Virus record (IMG/VR): IMGVR_UViG_3300033145_003233
Coordinates: 483,944 to 547,943 of that record
Length of the DNA stretch: 64,000 nt
Reading direction: 5' to 3' (one strand)
Positions 21,190-30,767 of the stretch are shown piece after piece; the stretch's first letter is position 1, and each line of letters opens with the position of its first letter. A program made the position numbers and the translations under genes. The notes beneath the pieces are model-generated. The model saw only the letters and a list, made by a program, of their open reading frames with translations, was not told the DNA's origin and made no database searches.

Positions 21190-22110
21190 TTATCTCAACC
21201 TAGCTTCGTCTCTTCTCAAGAACTGTATTTCTTCTTCTTCTGCGAACCAGCTAATCTTAGCTGCCTTCAATAATTCTCCCTTATGAATAGTCCCATATTG
21301 AATATTATCTGGCCATGAATTATATATAAATCTCTTAGGAACTATCACAGAAGTATCATCACTATCAAAATCAAATGGTACACAATCTTTTAGCTTAATA
21401 GCTGTTTGTGCTGGATCATCATCTTCTGTATACCAATAAGTCACCCAATTTTCTTGAGATTCAGAATCATCTTCTATTATTATCCTTCTATAGTTATTAA
21501 CTAAAGATCTATCAGTAATCCTAATTACCGTATCTCCTGCCGTTACATCTTCAGTCAAAGATGTAACATCATAATCATTAACTAACGGCATAATATTTCT
21601 TTTTAATCCTAGCTGTATGGTATCTGCCATATTTAATAAAAACCTATAACCCTTTTCATGTGAAGATGCCTGAACCAATACATTAACCTCTACCTGAAAT
21701 CTCTCCTTTGTGCTTTCTAATGTAAACCATTCAGAACCCCTACTAATACCATTCACAGTTATAGCAGGGAAACGAGAAATAACATCTGGATCTCCTATAT
21801 ATATACCCTGAACAAATTGTTCATATATAGTTTTAATTAAAACAGTATTCTCTGCCGTTGTCCAATCATTAAGAATCGGAGTAGAGAGGGTGATACAATG
21901 CGTAATAAGATCTATAGATAAAATAACAAGACCTGTCTCATAAACCGAGTTATTTTTAAGCATAACCTGATCTCCGACACTAAATCTACGAGCATTTCTA
22001 ACCGGGATAACAGTAGCTCCTCGCGATAAATTGGATTGGATTCTACTAGTAGTATTAACCCACTTATGTATGATCCTTCTTATACTATCTAGAACTTCTT
22101 CCATAGCCAT
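21190..22110 (-). CDS. Tail terminator/neck-like protein with inserted beta domains
   Basis: FPAITVNG...FQVEVNVLV...LLNMADTIQLGL resembles tail-completion proteins; position in neck module. Confidence 0.55.
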   Translation of the reverse strand: MAMEEVLDSIRRIIHKWVNTTSRIQSNLSRGATVIPVRNARRFSVGDQVMLKNNSVYETGLVILSIDLITHCITLSTPILNDWTTAENTVLIKTIYEQFVQGIYIGDPDVISRFPAITVNGISRGSEWFTLESTKERFQVEVNVLVQASSHEKGYRFLLNMADTIQLGLKRNIMPLVNDYDVTSLTEDVTAGDTVIRITDRSLVNNYRRIIIEDDSESQENWVTYWYTEDDDPAQTAIKLKDCVPFDFDSDDTSVIVPKRFIYNSWPDNIQYGTIHKGELLKAAKISWFAEEEEIQFLRRDEARLR

Positions 22111-22115
22111 AATAA

Positions 22116-22382
22116 TTATTTCCCTAACACTTTCTCTATTTCTCTTTTAGCCATCTCATCTATGATGTCTTGTTTTTCTATTTCAAGCTCTAGTGGAGGA
22201 GTATCCATAGGCTCTTTATTCAGACATTGATCTGCCAAATGATTCACCCATGCTCCCTTATTATCTTTAGCCAGTCTTAATTTAGAACTATTCATATCTT
22301 TCCCTACAATCTTTCCGTCCATAGATTGAACTTGGAGAAGAATATTATTAAAAAAATCAGCCATTTCTGTTTTATTTTTCAT
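22116..22382 (-). CDS. Hypothetical protein
   Basis: 88-aa ORF tightly packed in the operon. Confidence 0.55.
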   Translation of the reverse strand: MKNKTEMADFFNNILLQVQSMDGKIVGKDMNSSKLRLAKDNKGAWVNHLADQCLNKEPMDTPPLELEIEKQDIIDEMAKREIEKVLGK

Positions 22383-23110
22383 TATTGTTTAATCTGCTTA
22401 AATTGTTTCGGTATCTTTCCACCTGTTGGCAATGCATATTGTTCAACAAGATTAGGATTATAAAATCTACGACCTATTCTTTGATGACCATGCAAAATAA
22501 TACTACCATTTAAAATATCATTTAGTCTATTTTCTGCCAACTCTCTCAATTTATCTCCGAAACCAGAAGTATTAGGAGAACTTTCTGAAGAAAAATATTT
22601 ATCATATATATTAGCAGATGCTATTCTAGCAGATATGAATCTTATTGGAGGAGGATAAGTAACTCTCAAAATTCTAGTGTCCTCTCCAAAGAAATACTGT
22701 ATCTCTGAAACGGTAGCAAAAGTAGACCCATCTATTACTTCACCTATTTCATGCCTTTCTTCTCTAGTCCCATCGGTCAATATAACCATATCTCCAGCTG
22801 CAAACGGACAATACTTTTCAAGAACAATATATGGATTATACTCATCTATTGATGAATATAATGAACTTTCAAAATCACATAATTCACAGAAAGGGGTTAT
22901 ATACAACTGACTTAAAGAACCATCTATTTCGCTATCAGCTAATTGAATATAATAATTTACATTATCTGTGCTTACCAAATTCTTATCTAAAACATTCCCA
23001 ACATTCATTAAATTTGAGAATGTGCCCAAACCATCAGAAGTAGCAGAAGTAGCAGTAGTCAATGATTGAGCTATAGTTTTAACTATATCATTTTCGGTAC
23101 AATAGCCCAT
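22382..23110 (-). CDS. Head-to-tail adaptor, DUF1320/Mu gp36-like, with insertion
   Basis: MGYCTxxDI...YIQLADSEIDGSL...Y..PF...IxxxIASANIY...AENRLNDI pattern. Confidence 0.65.
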   Translation of the reverse strand: MGYCTENDIVKTIAQSLTTATSATSDGLGTFSNLMNVGNVLDKNLVSTDNVNYYIQLADSEIDGSLSQLYITPFCELCDFESSLYSSIDEYNPYIVLEKYCPFAAGDMVILTDGTREERHEIGEVIDGSTFATVSEIQYFFGEDTRILRVTYPPPIRFISARIASANIYDKYFSSESSPNTSGFGDKLRELAENRLNDILNGSIILHGHQRIGRRFYNPNLVEQYALPTGGKIPKQFKQIKQ

Positions 23111-23119
23111 TTTTTCTCC

Positions 23120-23163
23120 TAAAAAATAAAAAAGAAGCCATACCCTTATAGATATAGCTTCTT
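23120..23163 (-). terminator. Terminator after actin-like gene
   Basis: 13-bp stem AAGAAGCTATATC/GGGTATGGCTTCTT with G-U pairs, then a U-run on the minus strand. Confidence 0.7.
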
Positions 23164-23193
23164 AAAAAATGGTCTAAAAACCTTTATTCTGTT

Positions 23194-24219
23194 TTATAAT
23201 TTCTTCTGAGAAATAATTGCCTGTGTAAGACAGCCCTTCACAACTGCATTCCTAGGATCTTTAGAACAAATTACATTTTTGATTTTAAATGGCAATTCCA
23301 AATCTTCTACAACAGACTCCACCTTACTACTAAATCCACTAGGGATTGCGGTTCCTCCCGCTATTACGATATCTAAAGGAGCCTCAAATTCACTCTTAAC
23401 TTTAGAAAATTTCTTAGCAAAATTCTTAAACACATATTCGATCATATTCGTATAATATGCATCTAAAGCAAAAATAACATCATCATCATAATCTATACTA
23501 TTAAAGTCTAACTTCGTTTCTTTAATATTCGTAACTTGTGATAAAGGCTTATCTGTATGCTCTGATACCTTTTGATCAACCCAATCTCCGCTCCTAGCAG
23601 CACTCATACCAACTACTGACAATCCCCTATATGCTAATACACAATTTACTTTTCCAGCACCAAAAGACATACCAATACCACTAAACGGAACTTTCTTTCC
23701 TCCCGCTTCTATAATAACTGGTTTTTCAGATAAAATTACAGCATGACCTTCTTCAATAACCTTAACGTTCCATCCCAATCTTTTAAACATGCCTTCAAGC
23801 CTGGCCTTATGAAACGTATTGTCAACAGCATTATCTACTGGGTCAGAAGAAACACACGTACAAACTAAAGACTTGTCATCAGGAGCCTTACCTATAGAAG
23901 ATTCTATCATTTTAGCCATAACAAGCATCTTCTTATCTTCTCCTTTATTTAAAACCCCTCCCTGCATAGGTCTTCTTAACTCAACTCTTCCAGGGAACAT
24001 CCTTGCCACTCTCATACTATCTTCCCCGATTACATAATAATGTTTACCATCGCTAACATACTGCCAGTCATTTTGCTCTAAAACCTGCTCTATGTCTTCA
24101 TCTGCCTCTAGCTCTACAAAAGCATTTCTTATTTCCTTAAGGTTTAAAGTCCCATCTGTAGCATTTTCTGCCACCTGAAAAAACATAGTGCCGCAATCGA
24201 CTCCATATACTTTACTCAT
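23194..24219 (-). CDS. Actin-like ATPase (ParM/MamK/FtsA superfamily)
   Basis: Phosphate-1 GVDCGTM, connect EEGHAV, phosphate-2 GMSFGAGKVN, adenosine IVIAGGTAIPSGF, connect-2 DPRNAVVKG. Confidence 0.85.
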   Translation of the reverse strand: MSKVYGVDCGTMFFQVAENATDGTLNLKEIRNAFVELEADEDIEQVLEQNDWQYVSDGKHYYVIGEDSMRVARMFPGRVELRRPMQGGVLNKGEDKKMLVMAKMIESSIGKAPDDKSLVCTCVSSDPVDNAVDNTFHKARLEGMFKRLGWNVKVIEEGHAVILSEKPVIIEAGGKKVPFSGIGMSFGAGKVNCVLAYRGLSVVGMSAARSGDWVDQKVSEHTDKPLSQVTNIKETKLDFNSIDYDDDVIFALDAYYTNMIEYVFKNFAKKFSKVKSEFEAPLDIVIAGGTAIPSGFSSKVESVVEDLELPFKIKNVICSKDPRNAVVKGCLTQAIISQKKL

Positions 24220-24481
24220 TATGCTCTCTCCTCTTTTTCTCTAAATTTAATTTTCTTTTTCTTCTAACCTCTTTCGTAAAATCACTTTCTCCGACCCTAA
24301 TCTCAACTTCATGCCCCGCGCCCTTTAGAAAAAGAACCTCATAAAGAGTACGAACCACACTATCGCTTTTATCTAAATACATATTAATACACTTTTTCAT
24401 GCCCTCAATAGACATAAATTCAGGAGAAATTCCATTAATTATTATAGGCTTTCCCACTATGTCATCTTCCATATCTTTCAC
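24212..24481 (-). CDS. Hypothetical protein
   Basis: 89 aa; overlaps both neighbours, consistent with translational coupling. Confidence 0.6.
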   Translation of the reverse strand: MKDMEDDIVGKPIIINGISPEFMSIEGMKKCINMYLDKSDSVVRTLYEVLFLKGAGHEVEIRVGESDFTKEVRRKRKLNLEKKRREHNE

Positions 24482-24696
24482 TCCAAATCTAAAATTTCAA
24501 ATCTATTCTTTATTGGATTATCTTCTATCTCAGCATCATCTAAATTCTCTTTTTCTATTTCTTTTATCCAATCAGAATATCCTCCTCTAACCGGCTCCAC
24601 CATTGCTTCTGCCAAAGCCGACCGGCCCTCTGGGGTGCTCAGCGCCTCAGATAGTATCATTTCCTTATCAGCGTCCGATAGGGGAGTAATTGGCAT
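24478..24696 (-). CDS. Small protein with capsid-N-arm-like N-terminus and C-terminal NRFEILDLE tag
   Basis: 72 aa; PLSDADKEMILSEALSTPEGRSALAEAMVEPVR, then an acidic linker and the tag. Confidence 0.7.
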   Translation of the reverse strand: MPITPLSDADKEMILSEALSTPEGRSALAEAMVEPVRGGYSDWIKEIEKENLDDAEIEDNPIKNRFEILDLE

Positions 24697-24697
24697 T

Positions 24698-25042
24698 TTA
24701 TACCCCTAATTCTTTCATACCTGTAATTATCGACTCTAAATCTAAAATTTCAAACCTATTATCAACTGGGTCATACTCACTATTAACTACACACTTCTTT
24801 GCTTTCTCTGATAGATTTTCTTTTTCTTTATCTTGTTTTTTCATCATATCTTTAGTATAAAGATAATAATACGGAATTTTATTCTGATATAAAAATTGCC
24901 TAACTAAACCCAAGTCTATTCTCTCTTTGTCAAAACTATAATATGGAAAAACTTTTTGAAAATCCAACTTATTCACCAGCTTTCTTATCATTCTTCTACC
25001 AGGAGGACAATTCAAACTATATTTATACCTTTTTATTTTCAT
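24698..25042 (-). CDS. Hypothetical protein with near-C-terminal NRFEILDLE motif
   Basis: 114 aa; YDPVDNRFEILDLE followed by 11 more residues. Confidence 0.65.
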   Translation of the reverse strand: MKIKRYKYSLNCPPGRRMIRKLVNKLDFQKVFPYYSFDKERIDLGLVRQFLYQNKIPYYYLYTKDMMKKQDKEKENLSEKAKKCVVNSEYDPVDNRFEILDLESIITGMKELGV

Positions 25043-25614
25043 CCCAGTAAATCCTCTAACTCATCTGCATTACTTAATATCGTATTTTTTTGCTTTTCTT
25101 CTTTATAATGAACAGATTTCACCTCTGTCCCTTCTACTATTTCATCGACCGCCCTAGCATTAATCTCTGCAAGCATTTCTTCGTCCATTTCTACCTCCTC
25201 ATCTTGTCTTTCAGATTGCCCACCTTCCTTTATTATTATAGTTTCTTTATTAGCAGGCATAGCCTCCAATAAAGTTTGAGTCATTTGTGTTAAATCTTGA
25301 CTAGACATCCCACCTTTAGGTTGCTTATCCAATATCTCCTTCATAGTGTCTTTCATCTCTCCTATAATATCTTGCTTCATTTTATCTAAATCGGAAGATT
25401 TAGGATCTTTTTCTGTTCTAACCGGAACATTCAACGCATCTTTAACTCTTATTTCTATATCACCTTTTTTCTTCGCCATTAATAGATGTTTAGAAGCTTC
25501 GGATTTAGCTCTCGGCATTATCCTATCTAAATCAATAGCCTGCCTAGGCCCTAATGACAGAGCTATATCTCCAAGAGTTATATGTTGTTTTGTTTTATTA
25601 ACAATAAAAAACAT
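25039..25614 (-). CDS. Hypothetical protein
   Basis: 191-aa ORF in operon. Confidence 0.65.
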   Translation of the reverse strand: MFFIVNKTKQHITLGDIALSLGPRQAIDLDRIMPRAKSEASKHLLMAKKKGDIEIRVKDALNVPVRTEKDPKSSDLDKMKQDIIGEMKDTMKEILDKQPKGGMSSQDLTQMTQTLLEAMPANKETIIIKEGGQSERQDEEVEMDEEMLAEINARAVDEIVEGTEVKSVHYKEEKQKNTILSNADELEDLLG

Positions 25615-25616
25615 AA

Positions 25617-25787
25617 TTACATTCTTCTAGTTTTAGGATATGGGCTAGCGTCTGCTGTTAATTCTATTTTACTCTCTTTTTTACATTCAGGGCACATATA
25701 ATATATTTTACCATCTCTAAAATTTATTTCTATATTAGGGTCCTTATCATGATTCCTACAATGAGAACAAACCACAGTTATATTCAT
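25617..25787 (-). CDS. Small zinc-ribbon protein, 56 aa, below ORF-track cutoff
   Basis: Manual translation MNITVVCSHCRNHDKDPNIEINFRDGKIYYMCPECKKESKIELTADASPYPKTRRM; two CxxC; fills the gap between neighbours. Confidence 0.7.
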   Translation of the reverse strand: MNITVVCSHCRNHDKDPNIEINFRDGKIYYMCPECKKESKIELTADASPYPKTRRM

Positions 25788-26350
25788 ATATCAATCATTT
25801 CACTATTAAGCATATCAATCATTTCATCATCTTCTTTATGTTTGATTTTTCTTTCAACAGTAACTATCGTATCGTTATGAATTCCTCCATGTGGAACTAA
25901 TAAGATTTCTACTATCTCAAAACCCCTTGTTTTACCTACCCCATTAGAATTCCACCCACAACTAATAACGATGCCATTATCTTTAATCACTCTTGATATT
26001 CCATCTCTAGCTTCACTCCAAAACGTAGTCCTAGTATTATCTGCGGTCGATTCTAATCCGATACCATCATAGACTCTTTTAACCTGAGTAGGGGAATAGG
26101 GGGGATCATAAATAATACCATCAGCATACTTATCATCAAACATCTTTAAAAACTTTCTGGCATCGATGTGATAATTTGTGTCCATTTTGGGATTTAAATC
26201 GTTGGTTATAGTAGCTGGGCTATAACGACCTGCAAAGGGATCTAACCATATTTTATTTCTATCCACGTACCTTGCAAGCAACTCTTTAATCGGTTTTATC
26301 TTAAAAGTCCATTTATTAGGCATGTTCCATATTCTTTTTATTTCCATCAT
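25784..26350 (-). CDS. DNA N6-adenine methyltransferase
   Basis: SAM-binding LDPFAG and catalytic DPPY motifs. Confidence 0.85.
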   Translation of the reverse strand: MMEIKRIWNMPNKWTFKIKPIKELLARYVDRNKIWLDPFAGRYSPATITNDLNPKMDTNYHIDARKFLKMFDDKYADGIIYDPPYSPTQVKRVYDGIGLESTADNTRTTFWSEARDGISRVIKDNGIVISCGWNSNGVGKTRGFEIVEILLVPHGGIHNDTIVTVERKIKHKEDDEMIDMLNSEMIDI

Positions 26351-26437
26351 ATAGCTTCCCTATAAAAAATGTAGGATATCCTATTTAATATCGTGTTTAT
26401 TTGATAGAGTTCTTGAGATATTTCCATTAAAAATAAA

Positions 26438-29400
26438 TTATGAGAACAATTTATTGAAGAAATGGTCATATTCCCTTCTAGCACTATAAATAAGTTCATC
26501 TATTAAGTAGGAGTTGGAAGATGTAGAAGCGTACTTATAATTTTTCATCTTGGTAAATTGAGATATTTTTGTCATAGCTCTTTGATATGATATATATGCT
26601 AATTTTAGAGCAGATAAATCTATTTGATAATTATGCCGTTCTAACATAGACTTTAATTGTAATTTGATACTATTAGCTTTATCTTGCATCTGTTTTAAGC
26701 CAGGAACAGTCTTCTTCTTACCTTCCTGAGATTTATAACCACTTTTATGCTTATCTATTTTTTCATTTATTTTGGCTAATTTACCAGATGTAGCTTTCTG
26801 CCCTAATGCTGTATAATAACTATCTGGCAACTGACTAGCTCCATCCCACTTGTCCAAAGTTCTTTCAACCTCTTCCCTCAATTGTGGGGCTAATTTACTT
26901 ATAACCCTTCTATATGCAATATCATCTTTTACAATCCTCATAGCTTTATCATTAGCATAACCGACATATTCTGCCTTCTTTTGTTCTAGTTCTTTAATTT
27001 TATCTACTTTGTCTTCCGCTAATCTTTGCAAAGAATCAAAAGTGCTATATAGTTTAAAAAATTGACCATACCATGTGGCAGAATTTATTGTTGGAGCACC
27101 ATGAGATGTTCTTCTAGAATGTTTAAGACCATCATTATATACTTGATATAGCGTCTTAACATGTGATGGAGGTTCTTCCCCTCTTATTAAATAATATAAT
27201 TCCGTATTAGTTCTTTGTTTATCATCAAATGGATTAACAGAGCTACCAGTAGATAAAAAATTCCTCATCTTGGTGGGATGATGATCAAATAAATCTATTA
27301 ATGCTCTTCTAGCAGATGGTGAGCCTCCTCCACCTGTTTCCACGGAACGGGCAAGATATCCTAAAAGAGGAGTGTATGTTGTCCCCATAATAGCTTTCAA
27401 CTGCTTAACTTCTATTTTCTCCTCTACTGATAATTCTTTCATCGCTTTATCTTTCTTCTCTGGATCTTTATATTTTTTAGCTCTACGCTTTTCTATATTT
27501 TCTTTCTTTTTATAAGTATCTGTAAAAACTTTTATTTGATCATCACTTTGAATAGTTGTCATATAAATAAAATTATCTATTTTTCTATTAGCCTCAGATG
27601 GTCTATCTTTTGGAGTGACATTCGAAAATTGCTTTAGAAGAGAATCTGTCCTAGGATCTGTTCTTAGCACTTCTCTTATCCCATCTATAGTGCTATTCTT
27701 TTTGTTTAATTTCTTGATCTGTCCTTTTATTTCTCCCAAATTAGCCTCTGCTAGGAATGGAATCCTATAATTAGTCATCTGCTTCCAATCAGGAACGAAT
27801 GGAGAAGCTATCTCTCCATCTGCCAACCTCTTCTTGTATATTTCAACATATTCTTGAAAACCTTGTACAGTAGTTCTTTCTCCTTCTTCGTCATCCTTAG
27901 ATTTACCAATATTAAACATCTGCTTTAATATGTCCGATGGAATATTTATCTTCCCGAATCTATTTTTATAACTCATAGTTTTGTCCTCTTGACGAAGCGC
28001 TCTCCCTCTTGTCTTGAATAAAGCTTCAAGCTGTTGTGTAATAGATTTAGAATAAGAATTCATTCTTTCCGCAAATGTGTACCTCTTAATAAAAGGCTCC
28101 TGTGATTTTCTTATTCTTTTTATGTCATCAGTATCTATCATCCCAACCATTTTTTGATCTAATCCTCTGCACTTATCTACATTTTCATTCATCATAGTAT
28201 GAACAGAATCTGACGCTAATTGCTGCATAATATCCAGCTCTCCTTGCAAATAGCTTCTCGTAATGGCTGCCACCATTTTAGATGACCTATCCATATCTGA
28301 GTCACTAACAGGATCTCTGCCCATATCTTTAGAGGTAAGACCCGCTAGGTTTTTAGACATAGGATCACCTTCTTCGTCTTCTCCCTGATTATAACTAGCC
28401 CCACTCCCACCAACATCTACATTAAAAATATCTGTTTTTAGCCATTGAGATATAGCAGGATCAAATTTACTTATAAGTTCTTCTAATTTTTTATATAATT
28501 CCTGAGCCTTTTCATTATGTAATATATTTAATATTCTTGATTTATTATGTTTTAGCCCCCATGCCTGAGATAGTATTTCATTAGCTTCTCCATGCAACCC
28601 CATTCTAGCTGATTCTGTTTTTAATCTATCTTCAAAAGATGGATCTGATTTTATAATAGGAACAAGATGATGAGGATATTTTAAAAAGAAATTCATTCTC
28701 TGATCCAGCCCACCTTCTGGAGGAGAACTTAATTTGTTAGCTGTTGCCTGACTTATCATGGCTTCATATTTTTCATTAAAAATATTTCTTGGAGGAATAG
28801 GATGCCCCCAACCTTCCAATACAGCCAATCTTTCCGGCGGCTTTAAATCCAAATAAAGTTTAGCTGCCTTAATATCTAGTCGTGGATCGGGTAAGGATAT
28901 CGGTTGAGCATAAGGATCTGGGCCTCCTTTTCTGGCTTTATCTTCTTCAATAGCCCTTGCTCTCGCTTCTTCTTCAGCCATCTCTGATTCTCTTTGAGTT
29001 ATATCTCCCATCAATCCTTCTGTCTTGGCCAACATGGTATCAACAAATAAACTAGCCTTTTGTTTATCCCCCACAAAAGCCTCCAACTTCGCCACAAAAG
29101 AGTCTTTATATCTAGAATTAGTAAGCATGGCTTGATATAAAACAGGATCTGGGGATAAATAAGAATCAGAAGGAGATACATTTTTTTTGGTCATTAGCTC
29201 AGGCAGAGCATATTGGCTTTCAACTTCCAGTTCTTTTTGATTTTCCCTTATCCACATATCCATCCTTTGATCTATATCTTCTGGCAAATCTCCTGAATGA
29301 TAAACTACTGGAGATGATTGAGGAGGCATTTCTTGAGCTGGCTCCTGAATAGCATTTGGATCTTCGACAAATTCCGGATGGGCCTTATAAAATGCTGCTT

Positions 29401-29524
29401 CTTCGGCAGTCCAATTTTTATCTGCTTTCTTCCTTCTTAAATTAAACGAACTATAAGAGCAGGAATTATTTTTAACAATTCTAAGAATTCTTTGTAACGC
29501 GACCATTATTTTCCCATAGAGCAC
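26438..29524 (-). CDS. Large hypothetical protein, 1028 aa, possibly head-internal
   Basis: Long charged helical ORF; no catalytic motif recognised. Confidence 0.7.
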   Translation of the reverse strand: MLYGKIMVALQRILRIVKNNSCSYSSFNLRRKKADKNWTAEEAAFYKAHPEFVEDPNAIQEPAQEMPPQSSPVVYHSGDLPEDIDQRMDMWIRENQKELEVESQYALPELMTKKNVSPSDSYLSPDPVLYQAMLTNSRYKDSFVAKLEAFVGDKQKASLFVDTMLAKTEGLMGDITQRESEMAEEEARARAIEEDKARKGGPDPYAQPISLPDPRLDIKAAKLYLDLKPPERLAVLEGWGHPIPPRNIFNEKYEAMISQATANKLSSPPEGGLDQRMNFFLKYPHHLVPIIKSDPSFEDRLKTESARMGLHGEANEILSQAWGLKHNKSRILNILHNEKAQELYKKLEELISKFDPAISQWLKTDIFNVDVGGSGASYNQGEDEEGDPMSKNLAGLTSKDMGRDPVSDSDMDRSSKMVAAITRSYLQGELDIMQQLASDSVHTMMNENVDKCRGLDQKMVGMIDTDDIKRIRKSQEPFIKRYTFAERMNSYSKSITQQLEALFKTRGRALRQEDKTMSYKNRFGKINIPSDILKQMFNIGKSKDDEEGERTTVQGFQEYVEIYKKRLADGEIASPFVPDWKQMTNYRIPFLAEANLGEIKGQIKKLNKKNSTIDGIREVLRTDPRTDSLLKQFSNVTPKDRPSEANRKIDNFIYMTTIQSDDQIKVFTDTYKKKENIEKRRAKKYKDPEKKDKAMKELSVEEKIEVKQLKAIMGTTYTPLLGYLARSVETGGGGSPSARRALIDLFDHHPTKMRNFLSTGSSVNPFDDKQRTNTELYYLIRGEEPPSHVKTLYQVYNDGLKHSRRTSHGAPTINSATWYGQFFKLYSTFDSLQRLAEDKVDKIKELEQKKAEYVGYANDKAMRIVKDDIAYRRVISKLAPQLREEVERTLDKWDGASQLPDSYYTALGQKATSGKLAKINEKIDKHKSGYKSQEGKKKTVPGLKQMQDKANSIKLQLKSMLERHNYQIDLSALKLAYISYQRAMTKISQFTKMKNYKYASTSSNSYLIDELIYSARREYDHFFNKLFS

Positions 29525-29579
29525 AAATTAACCATAAATGAATATTATGATTTTTATGGTACAAACCTTTATTTTTCCC

Positions 29580-30017
29580 TTATTCATCAGGGTCATTATC
29601 TTGAGGATCATACACTATTAAACTAACATTGCTGTTTTGAGTGCATTTAATAGAATGAAGACCGTACATAACAAATTTTACATCTTCTGGTTTATAGTGC
29701 TCCATTTGCTCTCTTACTACTTGCCAAAATTTTGTAGGAACATAAACGCTTTTTCCTTTTAATATCTTAGCTCTTAATGACAGAACATCGTATCCATATG
29801 CCTCCTTAAGATCATCAAGCCTTTCATCTATTTCATTACGATAAAAGAGGTCATTCCATCCATCAGCCAAATAAGAATTATCTAGAAATCTCTTTTGCTC
29901 TGACGGCAAACTCTTATATATGAGTTTTCTTTGCGCTCGAGACAAATATTTAGCATAGTACCAATATTCACTAAAACTATTAAAAACTGGCTTTTTTAAC
30001 ATTTTATATGCCTCCAT
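29580..30017 (-). CDS. Hypothetical protein
   Basis: 145-aa ORF. Confidence 0.65.
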   Translation of the reverse strand: MEAYKMLKKPVFNSFSEYWYYAKYLSRAQRKLIYKSLPSEQKRFLDNSYLADGWNDLFYRNEIDERLDDLKEAYGYDVLSLRAKILKGKSVYVPTKFWQVVREQMEHYKPEDVKFVMYGLHSIKCTQNSNVSLIVYDPQDNDPDE

Positions 30018-30021
30018 GAGA

Positions 30022-30303
30022 TTATAAATTTACTATCTCCATACAAACAGCATGATGAGTCACAAATGCCAAACAATCAACATTGTTTTCCTTCAAAAAA
30101 ACAATAAATTTATCTTGGATCTCTTTAATTTGTTCTGGTGAAGCTGGATCAGCAGAAGTGCCAACTCTTATATGAATAAATTTTCCCTCTAAATCTTTAA
30201 TCTTTGTAGTTTTAACAACTTTCTTATTTTGCTTTTTAGAAATTGTTTTCTTGGATTTACTTTTATTCATATTTTCTTTCCCTTTTTTTATTTCTTTACT
30301 CAT
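30022..30303 (-). CDS. Hypothetical protein
   Basis: 93-aa ORF with upstream AAGGAG. Confidence 0.6.
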   Translation of the reverse strand: MSKEIKKGKENMNKSKSKKTISKKQNKKVVKTTKIKDLEGKFIHIRVGTSADPASPEQIKEIQDKFIVFLKENNVDCLAFVTHHAVCMEIVNL

Positions 30304-30604
30304 TGTTATTCTCCTTCATTTTTGTTTCAAATCTTGGAGGAACTACCTTAATATCTCCACGATCTAATAACCATGTATTCTTAGTATTTAACCTATCATT
30401 GCAATATTCAATAATCATCTTACTTTCTAATCTAATAGGCTTACCACTTAATAAAAACTCTATTAAACTGGGATTAAGATCTTTTGTCTCTTCAGTTACT
30501 CTAACAACCATCTCCCGAAGTATGGCTGACGGAATGAACATAAATTCAGCACCATTAAAGGCATAATTTAAAGCTATATTTTTTTCATGTTCTGTTAATC
30601 CCAC
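30296..30604 (-). CDS. Hypothetical protein
   Basis: 102-aa ORF, GTG start. Confidence 0.55.
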   Translation of the reverse strand: MGLTEHEKNIALNYAFNGAEFMFIPSAILREMVVRVTEETKDLNPSLIEFLLSGKPIRLESKMIIEYCNDRLNTKNTWLLDRGDIKVVPPRFETKMKENNNE

Positions 30605-30741
30605 AATAAAGATCCCTTAAATTAATAATCTATTTAAGTATCGGCAAAATTGACTGCCAAAAATGAATAAGATATGACATAATGGCAGTTTCTATTTTTA
30701 TAAATCCTAGATTCTGCACGATTATATAAGATTTGGAACAT

Positions 30742-30757
30742 TGGCACGAAAATTGCT
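30742..30757 (+). promoter_or_regulatory. Sigma54 (RpoN) -24/-12 promoter
   Basis: TGGCACGAAAATTGCT is an exact match to consensus TGGCACG-N4-TTGC[AT], in an intergenic gap. Confidence 0.7.
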
Positions 30758-30767
30758 AATTACTAAG

